From contig OZ024744.1 in NCBI GenBank assembly GCA_964016885.1, forward strand, positions 78,864,001 through 78,928,000: 64,000 bases of DNA, in the 5' to 3' direction. The notes below the pieces were generated by a model. The model did no database searches and was not told where the DNA came from. It was given only the letters and a program-made list of their open reading frames with translations. This stretch comes from Eledone cirrhosa. Taxonomy: Eukaryota. Shown one piece after another: positions 51,217 to 64,000 of the stretch (position 1 is its first letter; every line of letters begins with the position of its first letter). Made by a program: the position numbers and the translations under genes.

Positions 51217-51483
51217 TACATGTCTAGGGCGGGTAAAAATGTTGCTCTTCAGTGGCTGATAATACCTTACTGGTGCCACTCAAACTAAGGTAATTATTTA
51301 ACCTATAATGGGGCCCTAACAGGTACTATTGCTCCAGGCCAAAGCAGACCCGGGTGGGAGTGATAACAACTAAAGGGTAACTCCACATTTGCCACAGGTC
51401 CTGAACTCCCGAACTGGAGCCTTGCCACTGTATGCAGTTTCATGTCATACTCTCTCTCTATCTCTCTCCACACCCACACCCAC

Positions 51484-51515
<32 letters not shown>

Positions 51516-53689
51516 ATGCATATAGTCTTTGTGTGTGTGTGGCATGATCAGAAAGGGAGTCTTCCTAATGAGCCATTTCAAGCTTCATACCAAGGTTCTT
51601 GGCTACTGGGCTGACTGTATCTGTATGGTGTGATATGAACCACCACATACAGCTGACATATTAGTATTCAGCATCTCCCAAAGATCCTTTTTAGTCACCT
51701 AGCAAGATAAAATTACACACACACACAAATCCTCCATGTAGGCATCAACTGAAATGGTTCAGACATGTCTGTATCCAACTTTCCATGTCTGTATCCAACT
51801 TTCCATGGGTACAGGCCGAAGCTGAAGCATATATACAGTGTGCCCCACCCCTTCCCACTGTAAAGTGGTCGTGTAGGTGCCATAACAAAAAGCACTCAGT
51901 ACACACCACTGTAAATGAGGTTGGCATTAGGAAGGGCATGCAGCTGTAGAAATCAAGCCGAGTTCTGTATGGGCAAGACATAGTCACCTGACCTGGCATT
52001 CCCCACAACAGGACAATTCGTCTAACCCATGCTAGCATGGAAAAATGGACGTAAAACAGTGATGTTGATGTCTGACACTGTTTCCTTCAATATCCTCCAT
52101 GGCAATCAATGTCAAGGTCTTCACCTGACTAGGATTACAGAAACAGTTCAAAAACCAGCTGAAGACTACTTTGAAGAGAAGTAACATTAACACTTCATGA
52201 GTAGAGGGGGGGCATTACTGTTGGAAAAGGGATTGAAGACATGAATGAGATGAGAAACGCACACAACATTTCCAAGAAAATCGAAAAAGATGGTATACAT
52301 GAAGATTAATATCTAGCCCTTTGCACCAAATATTCACATGTCCTGTCTGTGACTGAAATTATACATCAATGATTATAATTTCCCCTTGGAGCCATGACAA
52401 AAGAGCTTAGTCCATACTATAGTGGTCATGTAGGTGTCATGACAAAAGCAAGCGCCCAGTCCACACTGTAAAGTGGTTGTGTTGGTGACATGACAAAAAG
52501 CACCCAGCACACACTGTAAATGTGTTGAAACCAAGTTCTCTGGGAGTTAATCACAGTCCCCCAGCCTGATCCCTCACAAAGGGACAACCCATCCTACCCA
52601 TGCTAGCATGGAAGATGGACGTTAAACAACGATGATGATGATGATTACAGTCACCAAAGGATCCTCAATTATAGATGAAGATTGTCATCAAATTTGATGG
52701 ATAACAACAAGCAAGTGTATATATGTGTGTATGTGTGTGTATATATATATATGTATGTGTATCATTTCAAATCTTTTACATCAATGTAGGCATCATGCAA
52801 GGCAAATATTCTGCCTGGACTGTGTCCTTCATACTTCAATTGACAAAACTACAAAACTCAGCTTCACTCTAATAAAACCCACCTCTCCTTGCCACTCAGC
52901 ATAACAATAATAAATGAAGATTATACTAATGATATCACTATCTTCTCATACACGATAACAGAAGGAAGCTACCACTCTTCTACATAACCTTGAAAAATCA
53001 ACTGAAGTATTGGTCTGTATGTCAACACCTCAAAAGACTGAATACATATACTACAATCAATAAATAAACAAAATCCACTGACTCCTACATATACTTAGGA
53101 AGTAAGATTGTATCCATAGAAAAGGATATAAAGATTCATCTCACAAATCATGGGCTATCTCTGAAAGATGATAGTAACTGGTCTGAAACTGCTCCTTGTT
53201 CTGTGATACAAAACTGTCCACTTTAGAGTGTTCTTCCTTATATTAAGTTATGTTCCAAACGTCAACTTGATCATGAAAAAGTTAGTTATTTTACTAAATT
53301 CCCCAAAATGTTTTATTCTTTTCAAAATTAATCGGAACACATTGACAGTGTCTTTCATTAGAAATATGGTAATGAAAGGGTTAAGAGAAGCTTCTGTGCC
53401 ACTGTGGAATGAGTGTCCACTGCCTGAACAAAGATCAAACCCCTGGAAGTAAGCAAGACTTGATTAGGTTTACACTCGCATACTGGGGGCCGTTCTCAAT
53501 GTCTCCAACAAGGAGTGTCTGAACAACAAACACTAAACTGCAATCTTTTTGTAATAGCTTGTCAGTAGAGGGTGGTGCATGTACACTTTACAAGGTATTG
53601 CTAGAGAACTGAGCTAGAAAGAGGCTATTAGTGATATACTCCAATGGACACCATTACATTGATATACTGTAATTATATGTATACTGTAA

Positions 53690-54000
53690 TATACTGACAC
53701 GATTACAGAAATAAACTGTAATGTGCAGGAGAGAAGACTACATTGGTATCGCCATGTGATGTGCATGGATGATGACCACTGGGTGAAAAAGTGCCAGGTG
53801 ATCCCAGTGGAAAGAAGATGCAGTAGATGAAAGATCATGGAAGACATGGGCGGAGGTGTCGAGAGTTGACCTCAGATCGTTGAAGCTCACAGGGGAGATG
53901 AAGGACCATGACAAATGGAGAGATGCTGAAGAGGACCCATCCCACCCTTGCAAGCAGGGAAAAGTGGACGTAAAAGGATGATGATGATGATGATGATGAT
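53690..54000 (+). mobile_element. RTE LINE 3' fragment with (GAT)n tail
   Basis: VQERRLHWYRHVMCMDDDHWVKKCQ, homologous to 35897-36200. Confidence 0.85.
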
Positions 54001-54359
54001 ACATGGATCAGCAGTCAAGCAGAAGCCTTCATTGATTGGCTCTGAGATGTCCTGCTGACTGGACAATGTGGGATTGTGATGGATGCTGTGATCAACGGAA
54101 CAAATCTGAAGAAGCTTGACCAGACAGGTGCAACTTAACGTCTGTCTTCCCCATTGGATGGCTAATAAGGTCCAGTTGCGTAAGCCATGTCTGAGAGAAT
54201 GAGTGATCCATGTATGATTTGACGAATTTAGAGGGTGAGTACAGTTTGTTTGGTAGAAGTCCTGGGTACAGATTAGGGTTAAGTTTAGGGTATTTTCTGA
54301 AGGTGAGTAGACTAGTTGGAGCAGTAACAGACTTATGTACATGTATGTATGTATGTATG

Positions 54360-54391
<32 letters not shown>

Positions 54392-54397
<6 letters not shown>

Positions 54398-55540
54398 TGT
54401 TTTGCAAGGTTTGCAAAATGTAGAAATGGACATGAAAGGAATTTGCCCATTATACAGGAGCAAATCATGGAATAGCTTAGATAGGACTAAACATAAGATA
54501 GGGAAAGCCACTTCATGGTATGACAACCAGAGATACCAGAGTGTTATGTTCATGGATGCTACCCTTGGAGGGAAATTAGCTAAGCAATGTAGAAAGGCCC
54601 TAAGAAAGACCCATCTAAAGATTAAAATGGTAGAAACGCCAGGAACTATCATAAAATCCCTGATCAGCAAGACAGAAACTCACTGTACGAATAAGAAATG
54701 TGTTATATGTTGAATGAACCCCCAGATAAATTGTAAAACTAGAAATGTAGTCTATAGCATAAGATGTACAGAGGGTACTTGCAGAAACATGACGACATAC
54801 ATAGGTGAGACAGATCGAAGCAGAGGAGAAAGAATAGACCAACACTGGAAGGAACTAAAAAGACAAAAAAACGGTTCAGTACTATATGAACACGCTAGAC
54901 AACAACATGACGGTAATAGAGACAACATAGAAATTAAAATAATATCTAAGCATAGAAATGACTCAACGGGTAGGCAAATCAGAGAAGCAACTGAGATAGA
55001 ACTAAGAAGACCGAAGTTGAACAGAAAGAACGAATGGAATAACAACAACCATACCCAAACAAACAACACTGACTTAAGGGAAATAAATTTATACACAAGT
55101 ACAATAACAACAAACACATATAAACACACACTAGTGAACAAAGATAGAATACAAAAACAACAAACACAAACAAAAACACTCACTCAAACATGAACACACA
55201 CACCAAACATTATACACACATGTAAACACATGTGCAGAGACAGACAAGAAGAAATAAATAAATAATTAAAATAAAAATGGCATAGACATTACAATACAAT
55301 GGGAGGAAACATAATAGTACTACTGATGTTGCAGATGTGCAACGAAAGAACTTTGATAGACTATATATATTTATATCTGTATTTTTAACCGCTGGTCAAT
55401 AAATGATAAACATTGATTGCCAAATAAATTAACTGTGGAGATATAAAAGATATAGAAGTGAAAACCAACCCAAACCAAATAGTGAGTGTGTTCTCTTATT
55501 ATTTCTGGCAATATTATAACAATATGACCCTCCCCAAGTA
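54392..55540 (+). mobile_element. Penelope-like retroelement 3' portion: RT-EN linker, GIY-YIG endonuclease and 3' UTR
   Basis: PLYR..W...SVMFMDAT.GG.L...C...C..C*...CKTRNVVYSIRC....C....YIGETDRS..ER..QH...LYEH....H...RQIREA..I....P.LNRKNEW. One stop. Decayed hammerhead CTGATGTTGCAGATGTGCAACGAAA at 55323-55347. Confidence 0.92.
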
Positions 55541-57321
55541 TCCAACCCATGCCAAGATGGCAAAGTTGATGTAAAAATGATGATCATATATTATCATACG
55601 CACTATTATCATTTTATATCCATTTTTCTATTATAGCATGGGTTGGACGGTTGTTAAAGACCAAATCAGTACTTAAAGCTAGTGTCCCCTAAGATAGGTT
55701 GCAGATCACATCTAAATATCCGTCATAATGCCAACCACTTTACAGAACACCAGGCACATTTTATCATGATGTCAATACCTGAGAAGTTGTCTTGTCCTTG
55801 ATGTTATTAAAGAGTGCTCACAACCATTTTTGAAATGCCTTCTATGGCTAGATGCCCTTTCTAACACCAACAGCATTACAGGGTATATATATAGTTATAT
55901 ACATGTATATTGTGGTGCTATTAAGTTAGATATGGCCTAGGCCAATACTGGCTGAAACCTATCAAAGTTAGATATAGATGTCCAAACCCATGCAAGCGTG
56001 GAAGATGGACGTTAAACGATGATGATGATGATGATGCTTGCATGGGTTACATGGGTTGTCCATGCTGGAAGGCAAGTCTGGCCAGGGTTGGCCATGTGTC
56101 GCACCTTCTCTGGCAAGGACTAAATTTTACTGGGTATTTTACAGCTGGATGCCCTTCCTAACACCAACCACGTTTAACCCATGCTAGTATGGAAAAATTG
56201 ACATAGAACGGTGATAATGATGATATGTTCTTAGAATCTGTCTCATAAGATTTGCACCTGGAAATTTTTGTTTCAGCTGCTAATGATGGTGCAGCCCACA
56301 GGGGTGTGACAGTATATATATATATATGATTATCATCATTTTATGCCTGGTATGAAGGCAGGTGGGTTAGTGGTTAAGGTATTGGACTTTGATCATAATG
56401 TTGTGGGTTTGATTCCTTGACAAAGTGGCACATTGTATTCTTGATCAAAACATTTCACTTCATGTTGCTCCAGTATAATGAGTACCAGCATTATACTGGA
56501 GCAACATGAGTACCAGCAGTAGCTGGGTCTTAATTTTATAATGGACTGGTGTCCTGTCTAGGAGGAAGTTATGTACTCTCAGTTGCCAAAGGCCCTTGAA
56601 AATTGAAACTGGTTATAGGCACCAGACTTTGTAATATATATATATATCATCATCATCATCGTTTAACGTCCACGCTAGCATGGGTTTGGACGGGAATTTT
56701 CCCACTTGAGGCAAGATTGGTTGTCTTGCTCGTATAGGACTGTCTGGAGGGTTTTCTATGGCTGGATGCCCTTCCTAACACCAACCACGTTTACAGTGTG
56801 GACTGGGAGGTTTTTACCGTGTTACCTACACGGCCACATTACAGCGTGAACTGTGTTTTTTTGTCGTGACACCTACATGCCCTCATTTGTTTTGGACTGT
56901 AGCGGCCAATAGTGGTATAAGCTCTCTGAACTTTTTCCATCCCGTTCTGACTCTAGCTACTGTACTTTCAGAGCATCCTCCACCACTACTGATTTTGTCA
57001 CCCAGGTAACAGAAGGTGTCCACTATTTCTGTAGAACCATCTGTGCAATGGAATGAGCTAGTATTCTGTGTGCACTTGCTGCTACTTATTGCACCAGAGC
57101 ACCGGCCACATGTATATATATATATGTTTATTCGTTTTTTCCCGTTCTTTGCCAGCGAACGTTACCACGAACCAAAGTATCGTCTTCCTGTCTTCCTCCG
57201 GTTGCAACGTTTTTTGAAATATCCAGTTCTGCGTTTATAGATTGACTTTGTTAGTTTCAGAAGATCCCGTTAAGGGTGAAAGCAGCGATTCTTTGCTTAA
57301 ACTTTAATCTGTTATTTTAAT

Positions 57322-58236
<915 letters not shown>

Positions 58237-58369
58237 TAGATAAATCTACCAAGAGTTTACGGTAGTGTCCAATCCGTATGAAGAACTCAATGTATTCCGG
58301 ATATCATGGAAAGAAGAGATGTAATGAAAATCCAATTTCTGTGAAAGATAAACGGTATACAGAGTCAAG

Positions 58370-58414
58370 ATAAAATATTAAACAAATAATGAACAAACAA
58401 TTCCTTATATTAAA

Positions 58415-58449
<35 letters not shown>

Positions 58450-58675
58450 CACTATTTAACGATCGTTTCTAGGGTATATATGTGTTATAATTGGTATGCA
58501 TATTTAACAGATCTATGTACAAAATTATACAAAATTATACAAATTATCAAGATTAAATATACATACCTAACTCATATATACGCCGTCTTCAGAAGACGGC
58601 GTATATATTTTTTTTTTTTTTTTTTTTTTGTTTAATATAAGGAATTGTTTGTTCATTATTTGTTTAATATTTTAT
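58370..58675. repeat. Inverted repeat including A/T homopolymers, enclosing a hammerhead and a perfect 17-bp hairpin
   Basis: Arms 58370-58446 / 58608-58675. ATATATACGCCGTCTTC-A-GAAGACGGCGTATATAT at 58574-58608. Confidence 0.9.
58455..58594 (-). ncRNA. Hammerhead motif with very long stem II; 5' strand of stem I lost by rearrangement
   Basis: Minus strand: TT-CTGAAGA-CGGCGTATATATG..GGTATGTATATTTAA...TTAAATATGCATACC..CATATATACCCTA-GAAA-CGATCG-TT|AA. Confidence 0.72.
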
Positions 58676-58750
58676 ATATATGTATGTATATATATATGTA
58701 TATATATGTATATATATATATATATGTATATATATATGTATATATATGTA

Positions 58751-58781
<31 letters not shown>

Positions 58782-58790
58782 ATATATATG

Positions 58791-58825
<35 letters not shown>

Positions 58826-58836
58826 GTATATATATA

Positions 58837-58919
<83 letters not shown>

Positions 58920-58952
58920 GTATATATATATGTATATATATATATATATGTG

Positions 58953-58983
<31 letters not shown>

Positions 58984-59290
58984 GTATATATATATGTATA
59001 TATATATATATATGTGTATATATATATATGTGTATATATATATATGTGTATATATATGTGTATATATATGTGTATATATATATGTGTATATATATATATG
59101 TGTATATATATATGTGTGTATATATATATGTGTATATATATATATGTGTATATATATATATGTGTATATATATATATGTGTATATATATATGTGTATATA
59201 TATATGTGTATATATATATATGTGTATATATATATATGTGTATATATATATGTGTATATATATATGTGTATATATATATATGTGTATATA

Positions 59291-59323
<33 letters not shown>

Positions 59324-59354
59324 ATATATGTATATATATATATGTGTATATATG

Positions 59355-59427
<73 letters not shown>

Positions 59428-59442
59428 GTATATATATATATG

Positions 59443-59473
<31 letters not shown>

Positions 59474-59486
59474 GTATATATATATG

Positions 59487-59565
<79 letters not shown>

Positions 59566-59580
59566 GTATATATATATATG

Positions 59581-59627
<47 letters not shown>

Positions 59628-59642
59628 GTATATATATATATG

Positions 59643-59673
<31 letters not shown>

Positions 59674-59688
59674 GTATATATATATATG

Positions 59689-59751
<63 letters not shown>

Positions 59752-59764
59752 GTATATATATATG

Positions 59765-59843
<79 letters not shown>

Positions 59844-59872
59844 GTATATATATATGTATGTATATATATATG

Positions 59873-59953
<81 letters not shown>

Positions 59954-60046
59954 GTATATATGTATATATATATGTATATATGTATATATATATATATGTA
60001 TATATGTATATATGTATATATATATATATGTATATATGTATATATG

Positions 60047-60093
<47 letters not shown>

Positions 60094-60148
60094 GTATATA
60101 TATATATGTATATATGTATATATATATATATGTATATATGTATATATG

Positions 60149-60255
<107 letters not shown>

Positions 60256-60320
60256 GTATATATGTATATGTATATATGTATATATATATATGTATATATA
60301 TATATGTATATATATATATG

Positions 60321-60403
<83 letters not shown>

Positions 60404-60578
60404 GTATGTATATATATATGTATGTATGTATATGTATATATGTATATGTATATATGTATATGTATATATATATATATGCATATATGTATATATATATATG
60501 TATATGCATATATATATATGTATATATATATATATGTATATATATATGTGTATATATATATATATGTATATATATATG

Positions 60579-60629
<51 letters not shown>

Positions 60630-60633
<4 letters not shown>

Positions 60634-61264
60634 CAAGATAAGCAGAACAAGTAAAATTCAACTAATTTTTCAAAATAAATCAAAATTAATATACAATTAA
60701 AATTAATCAAAATTAAAAAATATAATATAAATATTTACCTATTCTAATGGCCCTAACTGTACAGTTTCACGGAGCAAAACATTAAATATCACCAGGATAT
60801 TAATGGAAAAGCAACAATCATCAGAGAAGCATTTTCCTGTCCTAGGGTTAAAAACCCCAGGAACGACAAAATATATGACCTCACTCCAACTAATACAGGT
60901 CTAAAAGGTCGTGAAAGTGACCCGTAAATACATTGGTGTATAGTGAAGGCGGGAAATCGTAGACTCGCCGTCTATAGCTCGCCACTAAAAAAAGATTTTT
61001 AGTAACTAAATATAACGACAAATTTGTATCTCTACATACTGGAGATTATTGAAAAAGGTTAATATATATCTGAGGGTACACTGTACCCCCGGAAATATAT
61101 AGTGTGTCTATGATTTAAGGTGGTTCTATGGTAATAATTTGATATACCAGAATATAATATCAAGATAAGCAGAACAAGTAAAATTCAACTAATTTTTCAA
61201 AATAAATCAAAATTAATATACAATTAAAATTAATCAAAATTAAAAAATATAATATAAATATTTA
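60630..61264 (-). mobile_element. Non-coding 527-bp unit with 108-bp perfect terminal direct repeat (retrozyme / Penelope pseudo-LTR-like)
   Basis: 60630-60737 is identical to 61157-61264. No long ORF, flanked by (TA)n on both sides, contains a hammerhead. Confidence 0.8.
60750..60830 (-). ncRNA. Type I hammerhead motif, intact core
   Basis: Minus strand: GCTTCT-CTGATGA-TTGTTGCTTTTC CATTAATATC CTGGT GATATTTAATG TTTTGCTCCGT-GAAA-CTGTACAG-TT|AGGGC. Palindromic ACTGTACAGT, weak base of stem II. Confidence 0.72.
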
Positions 61265-61486
61265 TATATATATATATGTATATATATGTATGTATATACA
61301 TGTATGTATATATGTATGTATGTATGTATATATATATATATGTATGTATATATATATGTATGTATGTATATATATATATATATGTATGTATATATATATG
61401 TATGTATGTATATATATATATATGTATGTATATATATATGTATGTATATATATATATATATATATGTATGTATATATATATGTATG

Positions 61487-61565
<79 letters not shown>

Positions 61566-61724
61566 ATATATACGTATGTATATATATACGTATGTATATA
61601 TATACGTATGTATATATATATATGTATGTTTGTATATATATATATGTATGTATGTATATATATGTATGTATGTATATATATATGTATGTATGTATGTATA
61701 TATATATGTATATATATATGTATG

Positions 61725-61755
<31 letters not shown>

Positions 61756-61811
61756 GTATTATATATATATATATATATGTATGTATATATATATGTATGT
61801 ATATATGTATG

Positions 61812-61844
<33 letters not shown>

Positions 61845-61941
61845 GTATATATATGTATATATATATATATGTATATATATGTATGTATATATGTATGTAT
61901 ATATGTATGTATATATGTATGTATATATGTATGTATATATG

Positions 61942-61988
<47 letters not shown>

Positions 61989-62033
61989 GTATGTATATAT
62001 GTATGTATATATGTATGTATATATATATGTATG

Positions 62034-62114
<81 letters not shown>

Positions 62115-62233
62115 GTATATATATATATGTATATATGTATGTATATATGTATGTATATATATATGTATGTATATATATATATATGTATATATATATGTAT
62201 GTATATATATATGTATGTATATATATATGTATG

Positions 62234-62298
<65 letters not shown>

Positions 62299-62813
62299 GT
62301 ATATATATATGTATATATATATGTACATATATATATGTATATATATATATATGTATATATATATGTATATATATATATGTATATATGTATGTATATATAT
62401 ATATATGTATATATATATGTATATATATATATATGTATATATATATGTATATATATATATATGTATATATATGTATATATATGTATATATATATGTATGT
62501 ATATATATATATATGTATATATATATGTATGTATATATATATATATGTATATATATATGTATGTATATATATATGTATGTATATATATATATATGTATAT
62601 ATATATGTATATATATATATATATGTATATATATGTATATATATATGTATGTATATATATATATATGTATATATATATGTATGTATATATATATGTATGT
62701 ATATATATATATGTATGTATATATATATGTATATATATGTATCTATATATATATATATGTATATATGTATATGTATATATATATGTATATATGTATATGT
62801 ATATATGTATATG

Positions 62814-62850
<37 letters not shown>

Positions 62851-62909
62851 GTATATATATATGTATATGTATATATATATGTATATATGTATATGTATAT
62901 ATGTATATG

Positions 62910-62946
<37 letters not shown>

Positions 62947-63266
62947 GTATGTATATATATGTATATATGTATGTATATATGTATGTATATATATGTATAT
63001 ATGTATGTATATATATATATATATGTATATATATATGTATGTATATATATATGTATATATGTATGTATGTATATATATATGTATGTATATGTATATATAT
63101 ATGTATGTATATGTATATATGTATGTATATATATATATATATGTATATATATATGTATGTATATATATATGTATATATGTATGTATGTATATATATGTAT
63201 ATATATATGTATGTATATATATATGTATGTATATATGTATGTATATATATATGTATGTATATATAT

Positions 63267-63876
63267 TGTCAGGTCACCAGTTGGTGCTACTGGTAACATG
63301 TATCCCAGTACAACCTGTCTCATGGTCGGGTCGTTGGCGACTAAACTGGCAACCCCACCAAGGTTTCTTGGTGAGGAGGGTGACTTTGGACATCCTGCAG
63401 GACTAAAAACAAAACCTGTCAAAGGGCAAGGGAGCTCTTAAGAGTCAATAGCCATCCAAAAGCACCGGGAGAGATGACCCCTTAGCCTTTGTCAAGGCAG
63501 AATTCTAGGAGAAGGAAAACTCTGATATAACACCTGCAACCCTGATGGTATCCAATGATGTTGACTTGTTCTTCTTTTGGTAAATATCATCTTGGTTAAG
63601 AGAGTGGGACTGGCTTTGTGCAGTGCCTTTGCTCACTATAAAAGCTTCACAGCACAGGCATTGCTTTATATCTGGAGATCTCTCTGCACTTGTCGTCACA
63701 TGGTACCTTGGGCCCTGCACTATGTGTCAATAATGGTCACAAGTGTAGTCTTTGTACCAGAGTTTTCAAGTCGCTGGCTGGACTAAAAAGTCACATTCGT
63801 TCAGCGCATCGGTAGGGGCTCTCCTACATGGATATAAAGTAGTGGCCGTACTCGAAAACGAGTTGGCAGCCACCAT
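63267..63876 (+). mobile_element. Non-coding element resembling an RTE 5' UTR, with candidate HDV-like ribozyme at its 5' end
   Basis: CTAGGAGAAGGAAAACTCTGAT motif recalled from RTE 5' UTRs, GTCG TTGG CGAC TAA ACTGG at 63330-63349, second partial copy at 20794-21205, flanked by (TA)n. Confidence 0.65.
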
Positions 63877-64000
63877 GTATATATATATGTATGTATATAT
63901 ATATATATGTATATATATATGTATGTATATATATATGTATATATGTATGTATGTATGTATATGTATATGTATATATATATGTATATATGTATGTATGTAT

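Noticed and set aside
57255-57290. CAGAAGA-TCCC GTTAA GGGT-GAAA
   Set aside because: U4 is replaced, stem II is only 3 bp, and there is no clear stem I/III. Possible remnant but unsupported.
63869-63877. Kozak-like GCCACCATG
   Set aside because: It leads straight into a microsatellite, and the other copy of the element reads GCCACCATA.

Overview
Eukaryotic, repeat-saturated genomic DNA, most likely from an octopod cephalopod (inferred from the SINE/LINE repertoire and huge (TA)n arrays). Roughly half the window is interrupted (TA)n microsatellite, and the long I/Y-rich ORFs in the track are artefacts of it. The only host gene recognised is one coding exon of the mitochondrial rescue release factor MTRFR/C12orf65 (minus strand, GGQ motif). 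The rest is transposon-derived: a DD37D (maT-type) mariner nested in a TTAA-flanked MITE, hAT elements with 8-bp TSDs, a near-intact Chapaev3-type transposon, RTE LINEs (one with a twin-priming inversion), CRE/CR1/L2/Gypsy remnants, tRNA-derived SINEs and two copies of a GIY-YIG Penelope-like element. The main unexplained structure is a dense set of short non-coding elements, mostly in or beside (TA)n arrays, arranged as long palindromes or partial tandem repeats. They carry minimal type I hammerhead ribozyme motifs (CUGANGA...GAAA, palindromic stem III): about a dozen intact or decayed motifs from several dissimilar families, some with compensatory base changes. There is also a candidate HDV-like ribozyme at the 5' end of an RTE-related element. 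All ribozyme calls are by eye and untested.
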